NCBI GenBank assembly: GCA_965227835.1
Contig: OZ245768.1
Span: 719,619 to 759,618, forward strand
Direction of reading: 5' to 3'
Origin: Patescibacteria group bacterium
GTDB taxonomy: Bacteria > Patescibacteriota > Gracilibacteria > BD1-5 > UBA6164
DNA length: 40,000 nucleotides
The notes under the pieces are model-generated. The model ran no database searches. It was not told where the DNA came from and saw nothing but the letters and a program-made list of their open reading frames with translations. Position numbers and translations under genes: made by a program. The first letter of the stretch is position 1. Each line of letters opens with the position of its first letter. Below, piece by piece: positions 14,867 to 24,096 of the stretch.

Positions 14867-14987
14867 CTAGGTAGAGTAGTATCATAGAAAATAAAATTGT
14901 TTTTTATGAGTAAAAATATATTATAAAAGTAAAAGGTTAAAAACATAGATTATATAATATGTTTTTTATTTTTAACAAAAAAAATAA

Positions 14988-15557
14988 ATGCTAGAAAAAG
15001 AGATAAAAATACTTGATATAAACTCAAAAGTTATACAAAAAAAACTAGAAAACATGTGAGCAAAAAAAACTTTTGAAGGTTATATTCATGATATATATTA
15101 TGATTTTCCTGGAGATTCTTGAGATAAAATGGATATAAATGAAAGGATATTTAGAATTAGAAAAAAGTGAGATATATATTTATATACAATAAAAAGAAAG
15201 AGAAGTAAAAGTGAAAATTCAGATGAAAAATTCTTAAAAATTGCAGATGAGTGAGAAAGAAAAATTACAAATGTGGAGAGTTTTAAAAAAGTACTTGAAA
15301 AATATTGAATGGTAAAAACTAGGGAAAAGAAGAAATACAGAATTTCTTATAGTTTGGAAAATATAGAGTTTGATATAGACGATTATTTTTATGAAGAGAA
15401 AGAAAAACCTATTCCTACTTTATTGGAAATAGAAGGTAAAAATTATGAAAATATAAATGAGTATATAGAAAAACTCTGATTGAGTGAAAATGAGAAAAAA
15501 AATCGGTGAAGCAGGAAGCTTTTTGAATATTATGATGTAGCTTACAGATACTTTTAG
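14988..15557 (+). CDS. CYTH-domain protein (class IV adenylate cyclase / triphosphate tunnel metalloenzyme family)
   Basis: 570 nt = 190 codons with TGA=Gly. It starts MLEKEIKILDI (the ExExK beginning typical of CYTH) and contains RIRKKGDIYLYTIKRK and TLLEIEG strands. Confidence 0.65.
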
Positions 15558-16237
15558 TCTAAATTGTATTTTGCTTTTTTTTGATCTGAAAATATTTTTT
15601 TATCTTTGAAACTTACAACTCTTTTATTCATTTTATCAACTATAACCTTATCATGAGTTGCAACTATTACAGTCTTTCAATTTTTATTAAGCTCATCAAA
15701 AATATTCATTATTTCCATTGCAGTTTCAGGGTCTAGGTTTCAAGTAGGTTCATCTCATATTATAATTTCAGGATTACGGACTAAAGCTCTAGCTATAGAT
15801 ACCCTTTGTTTTTCTCATCAGCTAAGTTCTTGTACAAATTTATCTTTTTTTACCAAAAGTCATACTTGTTCTAAAACTTCAGGGACTTTTTTTAATATCT
15901 CTTTATCAGAGTATCAACAAACTTCCATAGCAAAAGCTACATTTTCATAAACTTTTTTTGATTCCATTAGTTTATAATCTTGAAATACAACTCAAATATT
16001 TCTTCTATATTCATCTAAAATACTCTCTTTGTAGTTTTTATAAAGAGACATACCATTATCAAGTATAATGTCTCAAGATTTAGGAACAAAGTCTCAGATT
16101 ATACTTCTTATAAGACTTGTTTTTCAGCTTCATGAATAACCAATTATAAAAACAAACTCTCAAGTTTGTATTTCTAGGTTTATATTTTTTAAAACTATTT
16201 TATTTGAAAATCAAAGTGTGATATTATCTATTTTCAT
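15554..16237 (-). CDS. ftsE: cell-division ABC ATPase FtsE
   Basis: 684 nt = 228 codons. Walker A GYSGSGKTS is encoded with two TGA. LSGGEKQRVSIARAL has both Gly as TGA, and DEPTGNLD has Gly as TGA. The size and motif set are typical of FtsE. The 3' end overlaps the convergent CYTH gene by 4 nt. No ftsX is adjacent. Confidence 0.8.
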
Positions 16238-16312
16238 AAATATTTAGGTGTTTTTATGTATTTTTAAGTATTTTAAAAAAAAATAATTTTATTGCAATTA
16301 AAACTATTTTCC

Positions 16313-16350
16313 AAAAAAAGAGCCCTTTCATATAAATATGAAAGGGCTCT
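16313..16350 (-). terminator. intrinsic terminator (12-bp stem) on the minus strand
   Basis: The minus strand reads AGCCCTTTCATA-TTTA-TATGAAAGGGCT followed by seven T. Confidence 0.8.
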
Positions 16351-16459
16351 ACTCGGACTTTTAGAAAGGGCAGAGTACTAGAGTCCAAGATAACAACTAA
16401 TCATAGTCTTATCCTCTTTGTTTTTAAGAAAACTACATAGAATTATTTCTATATAGCTA
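16313..16459 (-). ncRNA. candidate small RNA or structured 3' UTR (~147 nt)
   Basis: On the minus strand, TTGACA (16491-16486), a 16-nt spacer and TAATAT (16469-16464) are followed by two hairpins (ATAGAA-ATAA-TTCTAT; GGACT...AGTCC) and the strong terminator. The segment is relatively GC-rich and has no convincing ORF. Confidence 0.2.
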
Positions 16460-16582
16460 CATTATATTATCAATATAGAACATAATGTCAAAAAAAAGTG
16501 TCATTGTGTGAGTTCATAACATATTGTGCATAGATGGAGATATCCAATGAAGAAATTTAAGAAAGAATTAAAATTTTATAAA

Positions 16583-17992
16583 CTATCCCAAATACCTAAA
16601 ATAAAGTATAAGATAAGCTATAAAAGAATTGATTAATACAAGAGGAATACCTATCATAAGATATTTAGCAAATTTTAATATTATTCATGTTTTTTCAGCT
16701 TGACCAAGGGCAATCACATTACAAGCAGCTCATATGGGAGATCAAGCTCAACCTATAGAAGTACAAGAATTAAGACCCCATGCTAAGGCTGTCCAAGCTG
16801 TTCATGTTACTATTTGATTATCTCTAAAAGCTTCCAAAGTAGAAACCATAGCTATATTGTAAGGAACATTATCTACAAATACAGATAAAATAGATGATCA
16901 CATAGTAAACATAAGTAAAAGCAGATTATTATCTCAGGAGGTTATTTCTACTAATTTATCAGCAAGCATAACTATGATTCAGTTGTGTTCTAATGATCAA
17001 ACTATTATAAAAAGTCCAGCAAAGAAGAATAGTGTAGAATAATCCACCTTACTGTTAAGTATATTTGATACATTTAATTTAAGAAGAAGTATAGTAAAAA
17101 AAGCTCAAAAAAGTGCAATTGTACCATTATCAAACTTTATTCCTGTAGCTGAAAATATCATATCTTTGAAAATAACAAGAAGTATCACTATAAAAAGGAT
17201 TAAAAGAGATATAATCATTTCTTTTTTATCTTCTATATATTTACTAGGATCTACCTTTGATAATTCTTCCAAATCTGGATTATGATTGAAATCTTTTTTG
17301 AAAACTAAATAAAGATAAATACTTGAAGATATAGTAACACTAAACATTATCAATCAAGTATTACTTATAACTTGGGAAAAACTAAGTCAAAGAGTAGTAG
17401 CTTGATAATAAGTAGTAGGATCTGAAATAGGTGTAACGGCTCAACCTAAATTAGCAAATGTTATTATTCATATTATATAGGGAGTGGTTGGGACATCTAG
17501 TTTTTTAGTAATTAGGACAACTATAGGAGCAAGTATTATTATTGTTGGTATATTACTTATAAAGACTGTTAAAAAAAATGATATATATGATAATATAAAA
17601 AACAATTTCACAGGGCTTCCTTTTATTTTTTTAGCTATACTTAGAGAAATAAAGTTAAAAACTCAAGAATCTTTTGCTATACCAGATATTATCATCATAC
17701 CTATAATAAAAGCAAAAATATCTAGATTATGATATATAAACTTTCAAGCAATTTCTTGGGAACTATCTAAATTTCATTCTACTCAAACAAAAACTTGTAA
17801 GAATATTAAAGCTCCGGCTATAAGTACTGAAATTATAGTTTTATCTATTTTTTCAGTTACAAGTATTATAAAAAGAGCAAAAAGTCATATTATAGAAATA
17901 ATACCATTTATCGTTAAACTCGATGAATGATTTATTATATTTGTAGCATTATCAGCACTTACAGTGTTAATTAATCAAAGAAAATCAAACAT
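16583..17992 (-). CDS. ArsB/NhaD-superfamily (citrate-transporter-like) anion permease
   Basis: 1410 nt = 470 codons with TGA=Gly. It is a polytopic membrane protein with the two-fold repeat typical of the family: ...FANLGGAVTPISDPT... and ...SCTSIGGAGSPIGAACNVIALG.... Confidence 0.7.
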
Positions 17993-18018
17993 AAATAATT
18001 TTTATAAAAAATATGGGA

Positions 18019-18444
18019 TTAACCATTATCCAAATTATAAATACAGTCTGTAGAATCGGTTTCAATAGCAATATCTAGTCTTTTTTTGAGAGATTTTAAA
18101 AGTTTTTCATCACTATCTATAAAATCACCCTGTATAGCAGCACAAAAATAATCGTAATGAAATCATTTATTTTCTATTCTTTCTCTTAGATTTTCATTTA
18201 ATATAAGTGCTCATCTAAGAGTAGTCTCTTCTAATATAACTATCAATCTACCATCTCTATAAGAAAAAACTGTATCACTAATTCTTAGATATTTAAGTAA
18301 AAAATCTGAAAATTCATTTAGTCTACTTTTATCTTTTAGTTCAAAGATAATAGCTGTATAAATAGAACCATATTTTTCCATTTCAAATTTAAGTTTTTCA
18401 AACAACTCAAAGAAATTTACTATATTTTTAACATATCTTTGCAT
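18019..18444 (-). CDS. small cytoplasmic protein with a degenerate GGDEF-like core
   Basis: 426 nt = 142 codons. LRISDTVFSYRDGRLIVILEETTLRGALILNENLRERI follows the R..D...RyGGDEF.vll..t pattern, but with RDGRL in place of GGDEF. Confidence 0.45.
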
Positions 18445-18731
18445 AGTATTTTAATATATAATAATAAATTAATACTAACATAAATAATAGCCTTTTACAA
18501 AAAAGTATGATTTACAAAACCTAAAATATAAGTTAAAAATATTAGAAAAAAGTATGAGAATTAGTTAAAATATGAAAAATAATTCATTTTGAGTGAATTT
18601 GTTCAATTAAATAGAACAAAACATATTTAAAACACAAATAAATTATATGTATATATAAACTTTATAATTTAGCTTAAAATAAAGAAAAATAATATTAAAA
18701 GGTTAAACAAAAAATTATTTATGATGATTTT

Positions 18732-18759
18732 TTGACAAAAATAAATATTTAAATATAAT
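18732..18759 (+). promoter_or_regulatory. sigma-70-like promoter (TTGACA-16 nt-TATAAT) for the small peptide gene
   Basis: TTGACA at 18732-18737 and TATAAT at 18754-18759. It is followed by a ~65-nt imperfect stem-loop (AGTCTCTTTATTAGG...CCTATAAGAAGACT with an inner TAGCTTTA-AGT-AAAGCTA hairpin) that ends at the SD. Confidence 0.5.
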
Positions 18760-18840
18760 ATATATAGTCTCTTTATTAGGTCAAATAATTAGCTTTAAGT
18801 AAAGCTAAACCTATAAGAAGACTAAAGAAGGAGAAAAACC

Positions 18841-18951
18841 ATGTCTGTTAACGTCATAAATAGTCACAAAGATCTAAGTGATTTCCGCGCAAAAAACCCA
18901 CAAGCAACATTCACCAGTTTGGGGGGTGGAAAATATTTAGCTTATAGCTAA
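18841..18951 (+). CDS. 36-aa hydrophilic peptide MSVNVINSHKDLSDFRAKNPQATFTSLGGGKYLAYS
   Basis: It has a strong SD (GAAGGAG) 7 nt upstream of the ATG, its own promoter and its own terminator. It contains no TGA, and its Gly codons are GGG GGT GGA. Confidence 0.5.
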   Translation: MSVNVINSHKDLSDFRAKNPQATFTSLGGGKYLAYS

Positions 18952-19030
18952 AAGACAAAAGGCATCGTATGTAAACGAAGTTATAAAGTATTCTAAATAA
19001 ATACTATATGACGGAAACATATACAAAATG

Positions 19031-19058
19031 AGTCCCTCGTTTTAACGGGGGACTTTTC
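19031..19058 (+). terminator. intrinsic terminator after the peptide gene
   Basis: AGTCCCTCG-TTTTAA-CGGGGGACT followed by TTTT. Confidence 0.7.
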
Positions 19059-19065
19059 TATTTAT

Positions 19066-19737
19066 TTCAACACATCGGGATAAAAACCCCTATCTTTAGA
19101 TAGTTAAGACACCGAAGGTGTAAGTGATAGAAATTGAATAAATGAGATGTGTTGTGACATAGGGTTTTAAACCCCGTTGCCTTCAGGCCGATTCTAAAGA
19201 AAAAAGTGTAAAAAATCAATAGAATAAATAAAATAGTGTTAAAAACTAACACTAGAGAGAATGAAATACCAAAAAAGTAGTCATGCGACATATGATGTCA
19301 GATACCATATAGTATGGATAACAAAATACAGAAATCCATTCATGAAAAAGAGATACAAGATAGATTGGAAAAGATCATAAGATGAATAAGTAAAAAGCTA
19401 TGAGTAATAATAATAAAGATATGAATGGAAGAAGATCATGTACATATGTATTGTAGGATACCGTTAACTAAACCAATATCTACAATAGTATGACATATAA
19501 AGTGAGAAAGTTCTAAGGCAATAAAGAGGTATTTTTACAAAGAAATTAAGAGATGGTATTGGAAGACATGAAATATATGGTGAGTATGATATTTTGTATC
19601 TAGTGTATGAGAGATAAATTGAGAAATAATATCTAATTATGTGGAACAACAGTGAGAAGAAGAGAATAAGATTGAAGAGATAGAGCTTTAAATTTCAGTA
19701 CAAATAAAAGCCCCGTGCCTTCAGGCCGGGGTAGAAG
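19066..19737 (+). mobile_element. IS200/IS605-family element (tnpA only)
   Basis: A Y1/HUH transposase gene is flanked by subterminal hairpins. The left ones are GGGTTTTAAACCCC and GCCTTCAGGC at 19163-19190. The right one is GCCCCGTGCCTTCAGGCCGGGG at 19708-19731. There are no inverted terminal repeats, as expected for this family. The boundaries are approximate. Confidence 0.75.
19261..19691 (+). pseudogene. tnpA: IS200-type TnpA (HUH/Y1 transposase) with a single frameshift
   Basis: Frame 1 reads MKYQKSSHATYDVRYHIVWITKYRNPFMKK and then stops at 19378-19380. Shifting one base at the A-run ATGAAAAAG (about 19342-19350) gives EIQDRLEKIIRGISKKLGVIIIKIGMEEDHVHMYCRIPLTKPISTIVGHIKGESSKAIKRYF...RWYWKTGNIWGVGYFVSSVGEINGEIISNYVEQQ. 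This carries the HxH and catalytic Tyr motifs, with TGA=Gly. Confidence 0.8.
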
Positions 19738-20079
19738 AAAAGCTAAAACTTTTTTACTTAAAAGATTTATGTGAATTAGGGAGAAACTGAATAATTACTT
19801 CGTTGAGTATAAAATATAATACATACAATAATTCCATTTCTTCCTTATTTAATGAAAAAAAATTATAACTTTTTAGTATACAATTCCATATCAATAAATA
19901 ATGGTAACTATCTACTGGTACAGATAATTAAATTCTCAAAAAAACTTTTGACATATAAAAAAATTACATACAATACATTTATGTAATTTAAGAATGTTTC
20001 TCTTTTGTCTATGAAATGTGAACTCTAAGTGGAAGCTTCTAATTTACTTTAATACCGCACCTTTGATTTCGTGCAAAGG

Positions 20080-21363
20080 CTAGACGTTCCCTTCCAATGG
20101 TTGGGAACGTTTTTTTGTAATTTTTCTAAGACTCTCTACAAAATAATCAATATCTTCTTTTTCATGAATATAGTGTAATCATATTCTAAGCCATCAAGGT
20201 TTATTTTCCAAATCAACATCTCAATCCTGTATTCAAAGTAAATCATGACCATAAGGTCCAGCACAACTACATCAAGCCCTAGTCTGTATACCATATTTAT
20301 CAGATAATTCTTGAGATAAAAATTGAGGAGAAAATCAGTCTATATTAAAAGAAAAAATAGGAATCCTATCATGATTTTCGTAACAATATATATCTATTCA
20401 ATCAAAATCTTTAATAGAATCACAAAAATAATTTTTTAATTCTTCTTCTTTGTTTTTTATAAAATCCAAACCGGCCTCATTTCTAAGTTCGTATGCTAGA
20501 CTAGCTCTTATAAATTGTAAAATTCAAGGTGTACCTACATCTTCTTTTATTTCTATGGAATCATAGTATTTTTGATCTGTTCTTGAAACGTAATCTACTA
20601 CTCATCCTCATGAAAAAGTAGGTTTGTCAGATTTCATACATAAATCTCTTTTTATAACTAATATTCAAGAACTTCAAGGTCATCATATTAGTTTATGTGG
20701 AGACAAAAACATCACATCAAAATATCTACAATCTATATTCATATAAGCAGAACTAGAAGCTGTATCAATACACATTATTCATCTGTATTTTTTTATCATT
20801 TCATATATCTTTTTTATCGGATTTTTTATTCAAGTTACATTTGATACAGCAGAAAAACTTCAAATAATCTCTCTTGTTTTATTTTTTTCTAATATTTCTT
20901 CTAGTTTTTTTAAATCCATTAATCACTGCTCATTCAATGGACAACGGATTATATCACAAAGTCATTCTCTATAACTTATCTCATTTGAATGATGTTCAAA
21001 AGGTCATACAATAACTAAAGGAACATTTTTAGGATTTATATCATATCTATCCCTAGTAACTGGGGGAATGTAAATTCACATCAATTCTTGAAACTTTTTT
21101 ATAGCCCCTGTAGTTCAAGTTCAAGTAGGCAAAATACAAAAACTATCATCAAGTTCTAAGCTTTTTTTCAAAGATTTTCTAGCATTATCATAATAAAAAG
21201 TAGTTTTTGTAGCATTGTTTCATACTTCTGAATGAGTATTTGCATAACTTTTTAAAACTTCATTTATTTTTTCTTCTATTGGTTTATATCAAAGTCATGA
21301 GGCTGTAAAATCCATATATAATATCCCCTTCTCTAGTATAATATTCTCTCTTATGTTATCCAT
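20080..21363 (-). CDS. class-V aminotransferase-fold PLP enzyme (cysteine desulfurase / selenocysteine lyase-like)
   Basis: 1284 nt = 428 codons with TGA=Gly. Motifs are ANTHSEV, TGTGTTGAIKKF, the PLP-lysine motif FLSPHKLIGGPGSSGILV, and TRAGCSCAGPYGHDLLGI near the C-terminus. Confidence 0.8.
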
Positions 21364-21448
21364 CTTTTGAGTTAATTGGTTTAGTATAAAAATAAATTAT
21401 TACTATTTTAGTAATAATTTATTTATTGCAAACTGAAAAATCAAAAAT

Positions 21449-24088
21449 TTATAATCTTATTTTTTTTGAAGTCATAAGAATAGAAAGATGAGTTTTGAGC
21501 ACTTTCACTAAATTGTTATAATTCTCTAAAGGAAATCACTTAACTCTTTGTTGTTCTCATTTTATATATAGCTGAGTTTCTATAACAGACCTAGATTCTC
21601 CATAATCTGTACTTGCTTCTACTGATGCATCTAGTCATAATCAATATCAAAGTACAGATATATTAAGATTTTGTTTTAAATAATTAATATTTTTATCTTC
21701 ATTTCAAGATTTAAAAAATTGGTTGCTATTACCATCTCAATCACTAAGTATAAACAATGCTCATTTTTTACTCCTTTCTATACTTTTTAATCCATTTGAA
21801 ACTCAATTATAATTTTTACTGTTTCAACCACTATTTTCTTTAACTCACTTTTTAAACTCTTGGAAAAATTTGGGGTTAATTTCTCAGTTTAGAAATAGTT
21901 TTTCTTTTATCTCTATAACACAATCTGAAAAAAGAGTTATGTTTAAATTTATTTCTAACTGTTCAGATATTATTCAAAGTAGTAATACGGAGAAATAAGC
22001 ATTAGTAATTTTTGATGGATTATCAAATTCATTTTCTTGTAAATTTTCCATACTTCAGCTTATATCTATAGCAATTGATATATCTTTTAGTTTTGTATCT
22101 ATATTTCATACCAAAGCATTCTTGGGTTTTTTATTTTTTGAAAATATATTTGGATTTCCAGTTGAAATTCTAGATATGGATTTAGAATTTATAACTAAAT
22201 CTCATTGAGGTAGTCAATCTTTTGTTCTTTTTAATTTCTGTCAAAGTCTTCTTCTTTTTGAATTTTCTAACCTTTCACTTATAACTTTTTGCAGATAATT
22301 TACTATATTTAAAGCATCTTTCATAACATAATTAAGAACTCTTTTTTCTCATTCTTCTAAGTTTCTATAACTGTCTAGTTTTATTTCTTTAACTTGTGTA
22401 AATTTAGGATTTCAAAGAACCTCTCTCATTAACTCATTTAAATATTCTTCTGTTTCATCTTTTTCTGCTTTGGAATTATCACCATTGTCTTTTTCACTTT
22501 GACTAGATTCTGAATCAGAGCTTTTATCTTGTTTACTTTCACCTTTTTGATATCATTTTGGATCAGAGTTATCGTTTTTTTGTTTATCATTTTGACTAGA
22601 TTCTGAATCAGAGCTTTTATCTTGTTTACTTTCACCTTTTTGATATCATTTTGGATCAGAGTTATCGTTTTTCTGTTCATCATTTTCTAACTCATCTGAT
22701 TCTGAATCAGAACCATTATTTGCAGGTTGAAGTGGAGTAGCATCAAGTGTTTCCCATTTTCAATTTATATAAACTTCAGACCAGGAATGTCATCTGTTTT
22801 TATTTAGTTTTGTTTTTTTATCTTTAGTATAAGATTTTACTCAAGAAACAAGTCTTGCAGGATATCACATAGACCTTGAAAGAGCAACAAGTAAAATATT
22901 TGCAGTCATACATTCTATTCAAGTTTTTTCAGATATTATATTGTCTATATAATCATTAGCATCTCTAGATTTGTCTCTTATCTTTTTTTGATTTGATACA
23001 TTATATTCGTTTTCCTTAGATATAAAACTTCTTAATTCATATGGATCTTTGAACATAGAAATATCAAATTTTCAAGTATATATAGGTTTAGAACTATTTA
23101 AAATGTCTGACTGGCTTGGTTTTTCATCAGCAAAAAAAACGGTTTTTTTTGCTATTTTTATATCTGCTATTTTTATACCTTGTCTTTTTGTTTTTATGTA
23201 GTGTATACCTTCTTTATCTTTATAAATATCTATTTCTTCTTTGTTATAATCAACTACCTCATATTGTTTTAGTAGTGGCAAAACATAAAAAGAATCTCCA
23301 TGAGTTAATCACAAAGTCATAGTATGTATTTTCTCGTATTCTTGATTTTCTCTTATAGACAGTATTTCTCTTTTTGTTTTTTTCTTGATAAATTTGATAT
23401 CTTTATGTAAAAATTTCTCTCAAATTGACACTAAAAAATTTCCACTTGGTATTGGTGGTTCTATAGTAGCATAAACACCAGTTTCTTCGTTTTGTAGTTG
23501 TTCAAGTTTCTCTATATCTTTTTGAGAAAAATCAATTTGTTCTTCTGTAAATGCATCTTCTAGGTCGTCTCTTTCTTCGGGATTTAATATATCCTCCACT
23601 TCTTGTGATGTATCTTTTTCAAAAATTCCCATAAGTCTCTCCAAAGCAAATTCAGATTTAAACTTATTAAATAGCTTAGTTTCTATATCTTCTCAAAAGC
23701 AATCCCCTATTTCATTGAATTTTCTTTCTATTTCTTTGTAAATTTTCCAACCATAAGCATTTCTTTTTTGTTTAGAAAATGAATCATTTTTCATTTTTTT
23801 TATTTCATCTATTTCTTTAAAAAAATTTTCTAAAAATCAAAGATAAAATAAATCAGAAAGTATATCTACTTCTTGATTTGTTTTATTAGAAATATTTGTT
23901 TTTAAATAGCCGTTTATAGAATTAGTTTTATATGATTTTATATCATAATCTGCGAAACTTTCTAGGTATCTTAAATTACACAATAATTCTTCATAGTTTT
24001 GATTTCATAAATTATTTAACTTTTGTATTAAAATATTTCTATCATTTACTGGTTCTAACTGATGTATATTGTTTTTATGTTCTTGCAT
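21449..24088 (-). CDS. 879-aa multidomain protein: unknown N-terminal region, transglutaminase-like cysteine protease core, acidic/Ser-rich duplicated linker, C-terminal von Willebrand A (VWA) domain
   Basis: 2640 nt = 880 codons with TGA=Gly. The transglutaminase core is IECMTANILLVALSRSMGYPARLVSGV...RGHSWSEVYINGKWETLDATP (Cys, His, Asp). The VWA MIDAS motif is ISIAIDISGSM, followed later by ALFILSDGDGN. The start lies 8 nt after the stop of the upstream AAA gene. Confidence 0.85.
22501..22672. repeat. tandem duplication, 93-nt period (31 aa), inside the TGase-VWA gene
   Basis: Positions 22501-22579 and 22594-22672 are identical by eye. They encode KNDNSDPKGYQKGESKQDKSSDSESSQ twice. Confidence 0.9.
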
Positions 24089-24096
24089 TATTATTT

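Noticed and set aside
16340-16400. tRNA-like GC-rich segment (GGGCTCTACTCGGAC...AGAGTCCAAG)
   Set aside because: There is no T-loop (GTTCNANNC) or D-loop consensus, and no cloverleaf could be drawn by hand. Part of it is the terminator stem.
22438-22683. 81-aa ORF with an internal repeat as an independent repeat protein
   Set aside because: It is just the stretch between two TGA codons of the 879-aa TGase-VWA gene. The repeat is the 93-nt duplication reported above.
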